Source: Octopus sinensis
Lineage: Eukaryota
Direction of reading: 5' to 3'
DNA length: 64,000 nucleotides
Assembly: GCF_006345805.1 (NCBI RefSeq)
Contig: NC_042997.1
Coordinates: 125,674,001-125,738,000 of the forward strand
A program made the position numbers and the translations under genes. The notes below the pieces were generated by a model. That model was not told the DNA's origin. It was given only the letters and a program-made list of their open reading frames with translations, and searched no databases. Position 1 is the stretch's first letter, and the number at the start of each line of letters is the position of its first letter. Positions 49,490 through 62,382 of the stretch are shown here, one piece after another.

Positions 49490-51175
49490 TGCAGCCTCCT
49501 GGCTTGCCAGCCCTCATTCAAACCATCCAACCCATGCCAGCATGGAAAGTGGACGTTATACGACGCCAATTATGATGATGATGATGATGATATATATATA
49601 TATATATATGAGGAGACCTCGCTGCTCTTCAGGAGACCTGTTGAGTCAAGTTCGTCAACATCAAAAATTCGAATGGTAATTGTAGTTAAGACACCAGTGC
49701 TGGTGACACGTAAAAGCACCATTTGAGCATGGCAGTTACTAGCGTCGCCTGACTGGTGGCCGTGTCGGTGACACGTAAAAGCACCAACCGATCATGGCCG
49801 TTAGCCAGCCTGCACTGGCTCCTGTGCCAGTGGCACGTAAAAATTACCCACTACACTCACGGAGTGGTTGGCGTTAGGAAGGGCATCCAGCTGTAGAAAC
49901 ACTGCCAAATCAGACTGGAGCCTGGTGCAGCCTCCATGGCTTACCAGACCCCGGTCGAACCGTCCAACCCATGCTAGCATGGAAAACGGACGTTAAATCA
50001 TGATGATGATGATGTATTATTATCATCATCCCATCGTACATAATCTACATATATATATGTACGTATGTATGTATTTGTGTATCTGTGTTTGTCCCCCCAT
50101 CTTGATAACCGATGTTGGTGTGTTTATGTCCCCGTAACTTAGCGGTTTAGCAAAAGAGACCGATAGAATAAGTACTTGGCTTGCAAAGAATAAGTCCTGG
50201 GGTTGATGTCTTTTAATGAAAGGTGATGCTCCAGCATGGCCACAGTCAAATGACTGAAACAAGCAAAAGAATAAATGAATCAAAGAATTAAAAAAAGAAT
50301 AGATCCATCACATCATGGCTGAACTGGGGCTAAACAGTAACTCATAATTATGTAATCAACCTTAGAGGCATTAAACTTAAAGTGCACTGTAGCCTGATTT
50401 GAACTTAATAAATATGATGCGGCATTCTAGATGTACTGCTTCAAGTGGCTCAATTTGTGAATGCCTGCAGTTTTCTCATCCTTTCACCCCTGTGTTATAT
50501 CAATGGCCTAATCCTCAGTTATCTACAGCTGATTGCTTGTGTTTTAAAATAGCTGTTGATAGCAGTGTAAACAACATCTGTGAGATATGTAGGTGGTGGA
50601 AAAGGTAAAAGAAAGCTACAGCCTTCACTTATAAATACACTTACACACATACACGTATGCACACATAGACAAATATGCATGCATGCATGCACACACAATT
50701 GCTTGTGCATACAGAGACACACATATTACATAATATATATATATATATATATAAATATATTCTACACATAGGTGCATGAGTGGCTGTGTGGTAAGTAGCT
50801 AGCTTACCAACCACATGGTTCTGGGTTCAGTCCCACTGTGTGGCACCTTGGGCTTCTACTATAGCCTCAGGCCTACCAAAGCCTTGTGAGTGGATTTGGT
50901 AGGCAGAAACTGAAAGATATATATATATAGAGAGAGAGAGAGATAGGTATATAGATAGATAGATGCATGTGTGTGTGTGTGTGTTTGTGTCCCCAACATC
51001 GCTTGGCAACTGATGCTGGTATGTTTACGTCCCTGTAACTTAGCAGTTCAGCAAAAGAGACCGATAGAATAAGTACTAGGCTTACAAAGAATAAGTCCTG
51101 GGGGTCAATTTGCTCGACTAAAAGGCAGTGCTCCAGCATGGCCACAGTCAAAATGACTGAAACAAGTAAAGAGTA
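48525..51175 (+). mobile_element. Cluster of plus-strand SINE-B copies (48525-48930, 49290-49450, 50085-50270, 50772-51175) with an RTE tail (49610-50015)
   Basis: Repeated family-B head and tail motifs, plus CCAACCCATGC.AGCATGGAAA.CGGACGTTAA. Confidence 0.85.
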
Positions 51176-51244
51176 TATATTAATATAGATTGATAAAAGC
51201 AAAAACAGATAGATAGACAAACAATTACATAGGTGCATGTATAT

Positions 51245-51284
<40 letters not shown>

Positions 51285-51285
<1 letters not shown>

Positions 51286-51570
51286 CATCATCATCCTCAT
51301 CATCGTTTAATGCCTGCTTTCCATGCTGGCATGGATTGGACGGTTTGACTGAAGACTTGCAAGCCAGGAGACTGCACCAGGCTCCAATCTGATCAGGCAA
51401 GGTTTCTACAGCTGGATGCCCTTCCTAACAACAACCACTCCAAGAGTGTAGTGGATCTTTTTACGTGCCACCAGCACAAGGGCCAGTCAGGCAGCATTGG
51501 CATCGACCACGCTAGAATGGTGCTTTTTATGTGCCACTGGCACGGAAGCCAGCCAAGTGGCACTGGCACT
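51285..51570 (-). mobile_element. RTE 3' UTR fragment
   Basis: Reverse complement of the 2800-3015 tail. Confidence 0.8.
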
Positions 51571-51679
51571 GGGTATATATGATATATGTGTGTGTGTGTT
51601 CATGTATAATATATATAATATATGATATATATTTCATATTATATATGTATATATGTACATGTGTGTATATTTCATATTA

Positions 51680-51710
<31 letters not shown>

Positions 51711-51910
51711 GTATGTGTATGTATGTATGTATGAATGAATGTATGATTGTATGTATATGTGTGTATATAGAGACAAACAGACAGAAACATAAAAACAAAG
51801 AGAGAGGAGAAAGATACATAGCATAGATATTGAGGTAGATATATATGCATATATATGTGTCTATATGTATGAGAGAGAGAGAGAGAGAGTGTGTGTGTGT
51901 GTGTGTGTGT

Positions 51911-51966
<56 letters not shown>

Positions 51967-52190
51967 TGTGTGTTCATCATCCTCATCATCATTTTACAGC
52001 CACCTTCCATATTGGCATAGGTAGTTTGGGTCGCCACAGTTTTGAGTCAGCACATATTCAGGAGCGCTGCTCACTTAAGATGAATCAGAAGACTGTGTCA
52101 TATTCTTGAGTTTCATATTGAAGCTTTCTGGTTTACCAGTCCTCAGTCAAACTCTCCAACCCATGCCAGTATAGAAAGCAGACATTAAAC

Positions 52191-52232
<42 letters not shown>

Positions 52233-52261
52233 ACATGTATGTGTGTGTGTATGTGTGTGTG

Positions 52262-52590
52262 TGTGTGAAGGCATGTGGCTTAGTGTTTAGGGCATTCAGC
52301 TCATGATCATAAGATTGTGAGTTCAATTCCCACAATGCATTGTGTCCTTGAGCAAGACACTTTACTTCATGTTGCTCCATTGCCTTCAGCTGGCAAAAAT
52401 GAGTTGTACCTGCATTTCAAAGGGCCAGCCTTGTCACACTCTGTGTCACACTGAATCTCCCTGAGAACTACATTTAGGATGCACATGTCTGTGGAGTACT
52501 CAGCCACTTGCACATTAATTTCATGAGCAAGCTATTCCGTTGATCATATCAGCTAGGACCTTCGTTGTCATAACCGACGGAGTGCTCCTA
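52262..52590 (+). mobile_element. SINE-C full length
   Basis: GTGAAGGCATGTGGCTTAGTG..GTGTCCTTGAGCAAGACACTT..GTCATAACCGACGGAGTGC. Confidence 0.85.
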
Positions 52591-53199
52591 TATATATATG
52601 AATATGTATATGTGTATGTATGTATATATATATATATATATATATGGCAAATAAAAGACCATTTATTTTATTATCCATTATATATATATATATACATATC
52701 CATTATATATATATATTCAGTGAATGGCTATAAGGGTCCAGTAGAGTAATAAAGGAATCAAAAGTGTTTGTAAGCAAAAATTGGTTGAGAAATATTGTCC
52801 TAGACTCATGAGGTCCCAAGACAACTGCCCAGTGGGCCATGCATCAAGGCAGCCCTGCACAGACCTTGAGAAGGACGGGAGAGGTCGACAGATGAGAGTA
52901 GTCGAAGGGGGGATAGAAAGTTGGGGAGGTCCCATGCCAATGGGTAGCATGAATGATAAAGGCTTGAGTGATAGAGATAAGGATGAGAAAGAAGCAAGCA
53001 ATAAAGAGGTAGGGAGCTGGCAATGGTGGAATGTTAAAAGATGAAGTGATAGGGACGAAACATGAGTGATGGGACAATGAGAGGGTGCGGAGGTGAGTGG
53101 GGGAAGGCAGTGATAATAGATTTGGTAGTAAATATATCTATGCACACATAAACACATTTACACATACACATATATATCTATAAATTCATATGACCATAC

Positions 53200-53372
53200 T
53201 CTCAGTCATATATATATATATGCATGAAAATTCACTATACATTTTTACTCTATATCACTAACACCAATTTTGTGTCATGTATAAATACATATATATACAC
53301 ACATACACACACATATATGCATATATGCATACATATACATACATACAAGCATATATACATACATACATATGC

Positions 53373-53412
<40 letters not shown>

Positions 53413-53618
53413 GCGTGTGTGTGTGTGTGTATTGTATGTATTCGTGTTTGTTTTTACATATAGTTGCATATAAAAACTATAAAATATTAAAGTGATGAAT
53501 TGAATCAATATCTTTCAACAGGAGACCATATGTATTTACACACACACACACATATATGCATATATGCATACATATACATACATACATATGCATATACATA
53601 TATATATATATATTATAT

Positions 53619-53689
<71 letters not shown>

Positions 53690-53799
53690 CATATACACAC
53701 ACACACACTTATATTTCTTATTGTATGCACTTATACACACATATAGAGAAATGCTTACAAGCACAAATACACATGTACACACTCACACACACACGTGTG

Positions 53800-53847
<48 letters not shown>

Positions 53848-54021
53848 CACACACACATATATGCCCTCACACATTCATACATACATACAACATATACATA
53901 CACAAAAACACATATACATTTGCACCATTGCACTTACAAAGAGAGGGACACATACTAAAATTCAGCTAATCATCCTAACACATACACACTTTGTGTGTGT
54001 GTGTGTTCGTATGTGTGTGTG

Positions 54022-54060
<39 letters not shown>
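53200..54060. repeat. (TA)/(CA)/(TACA) compound microsatellite field
   Basis: Seen directly in the sequence. Confidence 0.9.
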
Positions 54061-54064
<4 letters not shown>

Positions 54065-54289
54065 TATACTCGTCTCTAACATCAATACGATAAAGGCATA
54101 TCTAATCAGAAACGAGGATAGAAATAAAATAATCTGAAGAGATGAATTCCTGAAATATATCCCAGACTAGAATAACGTCATACTCTTGTATTCTTTCAAA
54201 ATATGTTGCCAATATATAAGGGTAAGAGTAGGTGTGTGGTTAAGAAGTCTTCTTCTTTACAACCCTGAGATTTCAGTCCTGGACTGACC

Positions 54290-55496
54290 AATGCTTTCTG
54301 AGTGATCCTTCTTTTACTTGTTTCAATCATCAGACTACGGCCATGTTGGGGCAACGCCTAGATTTTTAGTTGAATGAATTGACAGCAATACATAGTTCTT
54401 TTTTTTTCAGCCTGGTACTTATTCTGTCAGTCTCTTTTGCTGATATGCTAAGTTACAGGAACATAAACAAGCCAACACTGTTCTATATTTAAGAGATGAG
54501 GAATTAAGTACATTATTTACATTATTTACATTCGACGGATATTTGTCCTCATCTTGTTTGTTATATAGGTACAGGTGAGGCTGTGTGGTAAGTAGCTTGC
54601 TTACCAACCACATGGCCTGGGTTCAGTCCCACTGCATGACACCTTGGCCAAGTGTCTTCTACTATAGCCTCAGGCCAACCAAAGCCTTGTGAGTAGATTT
54701 GGTAGATGGAAACTGAAAGAAGCCCATCATATATGTGTGTGTGTGTGTCTGTGTGTCTGTGTTTGCCCCCTGCCTCCTACCATTGCTTGACAACCGATGT
54801 TGATGTGTTTATGTCACCATAACTTAGCAGTTCAGCAAAAGAAACCAATAGAATAAGTACTAGTCCTACAAAGGATAAGTCCTGGGGTCAATTTGTTTGA
54901 CTGAAGGCAGTGCTACAGCATGGCCATGGTCAAATGAGTGAAGCAAAGAAAAAGAGAAGAAAAAAAGAATATATATATATATATAATATATGTATATGTG
55001 TATATATTTAAATGCAAATGTATGTGCATGCCTTTTCTGCACGTCCCCCACTGCTTGACACCTGGAGATCATTTCATTACATACCTATAGCTTAGTGTTT
55101 CAGCTAACAAGTCTGATAGGAAATGTAATAAGAGTCAAGAGTAAATACTGGAATCTATTTGTTCAGCAAAAAACTCTCAACACTCTTTCACTCGTTGACT
55201 TACACAACATTGATAGAACCCCGAAATAACTGTTTATGGTGTAACTTAGTTGCATCATAATTCTTTATGATCTTAGTTACATCTCTTTTACTCTTTTACT
55301 CTTTTAATTGTTTCAGTCATTTGACTGTGGCCATGCTGGAACACCGCCTTCATTCGAGCAAATCGCCCCCAGGAGTTATTCTTTGGAAGCCTAGTACTTA
55401 TTCTATCAGGCTCTTTTACCGAACCGCTAAGTTACGGGGACATAAACACACCAGCATTGGTTGTCAAGCGATGTTGGGGGGACAAACAAAGACACA

Positions 55497-55562
<66 letters not shown>

Positions 55563-56505
55563 ACACACACACACACGTATATACATACATACATATATAT
55601 GATGGGCTTCTTTCAGTTTCTGTGTACCAAATCCACTCACAAGGCTTTGGTCAGTCCAAGGCTATAGTAGAAGACACTTGCCTAAGGTGCCATGCAGTGG
55701 GACTGAACCTAGAACCATGTGGTTGGTAAGCAAGTTACTTACCACACAGCCACTCCTGCGCCAATAAATATTTATACTATAAATCAAAATCCTAAACTAC
55801 AGAGACAAACTACAAACAACAGCTTCTAATATTTGTGGGTTATTAGTGTACTTTAACCAGAGGTCATTCCTCACCTTCAAGCCTATAGCCAAAGATATTT
55901 CAGTTGTGGTCATTTGTATTTTCATTCAGACTTAATTTTTTCGTTACCAACCTGGCTGAAACCGGCTCTGTCTCAGTAATACAAATGTCTTGTTTTCATA
56001 AGTTTTGAATTAAAATCTTCCACCAAACCTTAGTCACAATTTATATTCCTAACACTAGTTTAATGATAACTAAGTTATTTTACTAAATTCTTTGTTATTC
56101 TTTTACTTTTACTCTTTTACTCAACTGCGGCCATGCTGGAGCATCGCCTTTCAGTCAAGCAAATCAACCCCAGGACTTATTCTTTGTAAGCCTAGTACTT
56201 ATTCTATCGGTCTCTTTTGCCAAACCGCTGAGTTACGGGGAAATAAACACACCAGCATCAGTTGTCAAGTGATGTTGGGAAGACAAACACAAACACACAA
56301 ACATATACACACACATATATATATATATATATGTACATATATACGACGAGCTTCTTTCAGTTTCCGTCTACCAAATCCACTCAAAAGGCTTTGGTCAGCC
56401 TGAGGCTATAGTAGAAGACACTTGCCCAAGGTGCCACACAGTGGGACTGAACCTAGAACCATGTGGTTGGTAAACAAGCTACTTACCACACAGCCACTCC
56501 TGCAT
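54290..56505. mobile_element. SINE-B cluster in mixed orientation (minus tail 54290-54480; plus 54570-54960; minus 55290-55760; minus 56100-56505)
   Basis: Family-B motifs in both orientations. Confidence 0.85.
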
Positions 56506-56829
56506 CTATATTTAAAATAATTGAAAGAAACACAGAGTATCACAAAATAAATACAGTAATGAAAGAGTTTATCTAAGACTGTATTAATTAAAGTCTCTTT
56601 ATTTTATAAAAATAGTATGGTGTCATTTGACTTCTATTTTCAACAGACAAAACAACCATGTGGGAGCTCAAATTTTTTTGAGTTATGTTGTTGTCATTGT
56701 TATCATCATTGTTATTGTCGTTGTTGTTGTTGTTGTTGTTGTTGTTGTTGCTGCTGCTGCTGCTGCTGTTTAGCCCCAGACCAGTCATTATTGAGCAGAC
56801 ATGATTAAAAATTACTCCAGCCAGAATCA

Positions 56830-57650
56830 TCTTGTGCCATGTATAAAGTACTTGTGTTGGTGTCACGTATAAAGCACCTGTGCCAGTTCTATGTGTACAG
56901 CACCATGCAGGTACCCCATAAAAGTACTGGCGCTGGTGCCATGTAAAAAGCACATGTGAAAAGCACCCAGTGCACTCTGTAAAGTGGCTGGTATCAAGGA
57001 AGGGCATCGAGCCATAAAAACCATGCCAAAACAGACAATTTGGACCTGGTGGAGCTCTCCAGCTTGCCAGCTCTGGTCAAACCGTCCAACCCATGCCAGC
57101 ACGAAAAACAGACGTTTCAGCCCTCAGCCCCCTATTATTCATCATAGTTCTCCAGGCAATAACAGAGGAATTCAAGACAGGTTGCCCGTGGGAGCTCCCC
57201 TATGCTGATGACCTTGCTTTCATAGCGGAATCACTACCAGAACAAGAGAAGAAATTTCAGGTGTGGAAGCAAGGTTTAGAATCGAAGGGCCTTAGAGTCA
57301 ATGTTGCAAAAACCAAAGTCCTACTAAGTAGGAAGGGCAAACACATCACAAACCCCTTCAGGTAAGTGGCCCTGCTCGATCTGTAGAAAAGTTGTAAGTA
57401 GAAACTCCTAAAGTTGTAGGTAGAAACCATCCAAACATGGCCGATGCCAGTGCCACCTGACTAGCTCCTGTGCCAGTGGCACATAAAAAGCACCCACTAC
57501 ACTCTCAGAGTAACTGGCGTTAGGAAGGGCATCCAACTGCCAGATCAGATTGGAGCCTGGTGCGGACTCCTGGCTTGCCAGTCCCCAGTCAAACTGTCCA
57601 ACCCATGCCAACATGGAAAATGAATGTTAGACAACGACAATGATGATGAT
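56830..57650 (+). mobile_element. RTE 3' tail / RT fragment / 3' tail composite
   Basis: Tails at 56830-57110 and 57430-57650 enclose an RT fragment. Confidence 0.8.
57113..57410 (+). pseudogene. RTE reverse transcriptase fragment (YADD)
   Basis: LSPLLFIIVLQAITEEFKTGCPWELPYADDLAFIAESLPEQEKKFQVWKQGLESKGLRVNVAKTKVL (ORF 57093-57365). Confidence 0.9.
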
Positions 57651-58639
57651 AGTCTATATGGGACTAAGTTATCTAATACATCTGTCTTTTTTTTTTCTTT
57701 TGAAACGCAGAGCATCCTTTGAGAGATTAGGCTGTTATTTCTAGTGAGTTAAACAACCATATAGGGGCTAAGGTTTTTGAGGGTTATTTTCTTTGCAGAT
57801 GCAGTATGAGAATAATCCAGGTGAACGTATCCACTCATTAGGTGGTTTAAGTTTCATTCTCAGTGCCATCAAATCCACCATTTATTTCCTACTCATTAAT
57901 TTTCTACACACTATTAATTTATACACATCATTAATTTACACACGTCAAAGTTAGATGAGATGGTCATCTTAACCTTCACTAGAAAATACCGAATGTGGAA
58001 CATTTAAGTAACCTCAGATGGAAAGTCAGTCATTTAATGGGATGCAGCATGGATATGTGGATGAATGGCTGAGAAGATCAATTCATGACTGCATGATTGA
58101 GGGTTCAATCTCACCATATGGCATTTAGGGTCTATCGATTGAAGCCTTGTGAATGAAATTTGGTAAATGGAAATTTTCTTCATGGTTGATAGAGTTAATT
58201 CATAACTTCATTTCATGCTACTCCTTATCCCTTAAGTGCTTTCAGGGAGGTGGGGAGACATGTTAGTTTAAGTTTCCAAACAAGGGGTTCGACCTAAAAA
58301 TAATTGTTACCTTTCGTTCCATTAGTCTCAAACTCTGGAAAGCTTCTTCTCTGACTACAACATTAAAATAGAAATTATATTCCATCATAATCGATTTTTA
58401 GGCATAGGTATGGCTGGATGGGTAACAAGATTGCTGTAATGGATCTGTAATTCTACATATTATTATTATATATATTTATATATATTATATGTATATAGAG
58501 AGATAGAAAGATAGATATACTTAAAACCTATATGTTACATATACCTATACACACAGACATACTTACACACATACACATATATATACCTATACACACATAC
58601 ACCATTATATATATATGTATATAGAAACACTGTAGAAAC

Positions 58640-58749
58640 ACTGTCAGATCAAACTGGGCCTGGTGCAGCCTCCTGGCTTCCCAGACCCCAGTTGAACCTT
58701 CCAACCCATGTTAGCATGGAAAGCGAACATTAAACGATGATGATGATGA

Positions 58750-58790
<41 letters not shown>

Positions 58791-59470
58791 CATAGGTGCA
58801 GTGGCTGTGTGGTAAGTAGCTTGCTTACCAGCCACATGGTTCCGGGTTCAGTCCCACTGCCTGGCACCTAGGGCAAGTGTCTTCTACTATAGCATCGGGC
58901 CAACCAAAGCCTTGTGAGTGGATTTGGTAGACAGAAACTGAAAGAAGCCCATCGTATATATGTATATGTATATATGTGTGTGTTTGTGTGTCTGTGTTTG
59001 TCCCCCCCCCCAACATCGCTTGACAACCGATGCTGGTGTGTTTACATCCCCGTAACTCAGAATAAGTACTAGGCTTACAAAGAATAAGTCCTGGGTTTGA
59101 TTTCTTCGAATAAAGGTGGTGCTCCAGCATGGCTGCAGTCAAATGACTGAAACAAGTAAAAGAGTAAAAGAGAGAGAGTATATATATGCACACATACACA
59201 CACACACACAGCATAAAAGCATGACTGTGTGTGTCAGAGGCTCACTACCCAACCACATAGTTCCAGGTTCAGCCCCACCAAGTGGCACCTTGGGCAAGTA
59301 TCTTCTACTATAGCATCAGGCCAACCAGAGCCTTGCAGGTGAATTTGGTAGGTGGAAGTTCTAGTGTGTGTGACAGTGCTTATCACTCCTTTGAGATATA
59401 GATGCATGTGTGTGTATGTATGTGTGTATACATACATACAAATATATGCATATATGTATGTGTATATATC

Positions 59471-59518
<48 letters not shown>

Positions 59519-60184
59519 GAGAGAGAAAGAGAGTAATGTAAATTTCAATGAAAAGACAACTTCTAAGATATTGACAACCAAAAAACAGATTAATTTCCTC
59601 AGTATATTTTTCAAAAGACACAATTCATCATATAAAATATGTATAAAATATATAAAGATATAAAATTGAAATATATATTCGTATGCGATCACAGGAAACT
59701 GTAAATCTGTTCTAAAACAAAAATGTCAATGTACACGGTCAATGCATTGCAAAATTGAAAATATTTAAAAGATGTATGGGTAGCTAAAAAAAGCGAATGT
59801 ACTTAAGTCCAGAGATCAAATTCATACATATCCTACAGCCGTTTCAGGAAATTCCTTTGTAATATTCTGGTCTCTCTGTGGGTGTATATGTGGATATGAG
59901 TGTGTGTAAGTATGTGTATCTGCCTATATGTAACAACTAATCATAGTTGTAACAACTATGATGTTGTTGGTAAAACTTGTTCTTTGTCTATCTTCTTAAC
60001 CTCTTGGAGATTTTAGGTAAAATTATACTAACGTGTCCTCCTAATTTAATTTAATTCTATGTCTTTGTGCTGCTGAAGATTGCTCTACATTTTAAATTGA
60101 TGTAATGAAATGATTGCATTGTTTAAATGGAATCGCATGAAACGATCATACTGCATAACCTCTGGATATCCTTGTTGCTTATTT

Positions 60185-60228
<44 letters not shown>

Positions 60229-60262
60229 TATATAGATAATATATATATATAATATATATATA

Positions 60263-60321
<59 letters not shown>

Positions 60322-60494
60322 CACAAGAGGGATGTGTGGTAAGAAGCTTGCTTCCCAACCACATGGTTCCAGGTTCAGTCCTACTGCATGGCACCTTGGG
60401 TAAATGTCTTCTACTATAGATTCAGGCCAACCAAAGTCTTGTGAAGTGGATTGGTAGACAGAAATTGATAGAAGCCTGTCATATATATATATAT

Positions 60495-60568
<74 letters not shown>

Positions 60569-60800
60569 ATGTGTCTTTGTGTCTGTGTTTGTTCCCCCAC
60601 CCCCCACATCACCACTTGAGAACTGGTGTTGGTGTGTTTACATCCCCATAACTTAGTGGTTCACCCCAAAGGGACTGATTGAAAAGGTACCAGGCTTAAA
60701 AAATAAGTACTGGGGTCGATTCATTTGATTAAAAAATTCAAGGTGGTGCCCCAGCATGGCCACAGTTTAATGACTGAAACAAGTAAAAGGGTAAAAGATT
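58640..60800 (+). mobile_element. RTE tail (58640-58755) and SINE-B copies (58790-59170, 59225-59350, 60320-60800) among (TA)n tracts
   Basis: Family motifs as above. Confidence 0.8.
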
Positions 60801-60829
60801 ATATATATGTGTGTGCGTGTGTGTATAGT

Positions 60830-61060
60830 TGGAATTTACAAAGAAAACAGAAGATGAAGACAGGTGTGTAAACAACAAACAGGTGTATTAGTTTAATGCT
60901 TGGGAAGGTGAGAAAGTGTTTTACATTTCAACCCTATGCTCTTCAACAGAAAGGAACATGAGGAAATAAACATAGAGAGAATAAAAATAGCCTTAGTGGC
61001 TAGCAGTCAATCATGGCGGCTGGCTGGACAGAGGTAGTCAGAGAAGAGAGCTAGGAAGAA
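60830..61060 (-). mobile_element. Diverged copy of the repeat that forms the outer palindrome arms
   Basis: TTTTACATTTCAACCCTATGCTCTTCAACAGAAAG versus CTTTAACGTTTCGAGCCTACGCTCTTCAACAGAAAG at 62346-62381. Confidence 0.65.
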
Positions 61061-61556
61061 GGGGAGACAATAAAGTAGTAGTGATCCCAAAATGAAGGTG
61101 CGCATGTGTGTGTAAGTGTGTGCATGTGGATAGGGGCTGGTGACCTTGACATGTGGATGTTTGTATGTGTAAGTATAAGCATCTGTAATGTGTGGGTACT
61201 AGGAAGTGGTCAGTGCTAGTGTGTGCAGGGTGGTGTGATGTGGTGTGGTGTGGCATGATGTGGTGTGGTAGTGTGTGGTTTGCTGGGAAATGGTCACTGC
61301 TTGTGTGCGGAGATGATGCGATAAGGTGTGGTGGTGTGGTGTGGTGTGTTGTGTGATGGTGTGGTATATTGTATGTTATGGTCTGGTGGTGTGGTGGTGC
61401 AGTGTAGGGATATGTGGTGTGTGTATATATATTAATATATATACTTTATATATATTGATCTTTGACCTCTGGCCGAAATCAGATCGCCATGTTGATTCGT
61501 TAGTTACTGCACGCATTTTTTTTCTCTCCTTTCTGTGTTTTTTTTCTCTCTGTGTA

Positions 61557-61594
61557 TCTTTCTGTTGAAGAGCGTAGGCTCGAAACGTTAAAGA
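61557..61594 (+). ncRNA. Minimal type-I hammerhead-like motif (A6U core variant)
   Basis: UCUUU-CUGUUGA-A-GAGC(guag)GCUC-GAAA-CGU-U-AAAGA. Confidence 0.4.
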
Positions 61595-62196
61595 CTTGTT
61601 TTATTTATATTTCCTGAGCGCCATACTAATACAATTGTTTGTTTGTTTCCCACCTGCCTTCGTCTTTTGTCTATTTTCATAAAGCTTCCCGTTATATATA
61701 TATATATATATATATATAAATATCATTATTTCTAATTCTTTCTAAAGGGACTATGGCAGCTGTACTGGATATTAATAGTTATCGCCAAGTTAACATGGCA
61801 GTCCAGAAAAATAGGACGAATGCTGCCATTGATTAACTCCAGGAGGCTATTGTCTCTAGCTAGCTATGTGACACAAACCTGTGTTCATTATAACCTTCGA
61901 ACAGGAGAGGTCATCAGCTTCCCCTTGCTGGTATGACATCCACAGACTAGTTTTGAGGTAGTTACCTCTAGTCTGTGGATGCCAAACCAGCAAGGGGAAG
62001 CTGCTGACCTCCCCTGTTTGAAGGTTGTAATGGACACAGGTTTGAGTGTCACATAGCTAGCTAGAGGCAATGGCCTCTTGGAGCTAATCAACGGCAGCAT
62101 TCGTCCTATTTTTCTGGACTGCATGTTAGCTTGGCGATAACTATTAATATCCAGTACAGCTGCCATAGTCCCTTTAGAAAGAATTAGAAATAATGA

Positions 62197-62247
<51 letters not shown>

Positions 62248-62344
62248 CGGGAAGCTTTATGAAAATAGACAAAAGACGAAGGCAGGTGGGAAACAAACAA
62301 ACAATTGTATTAGTATGGCGCTCAGGAAATATAAATAAAACAAG

Positions 62345-62382
62345 TCTTTAACGTTTCGAGCCTACGCTCTTCAACAGAAAGA
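62345..62382 (-). ncRNA. Mirror copy of the hammerhead-like motif
   Basis: Exact reverse complement of 61557-61594. Confidence 0.4.

Noticed and set aside
53035-53070. GATGAAGTGATAGGGACGAAAC hammerhead-like string
   Set aside because: The core lacks CU and stem II is only 2 bp.
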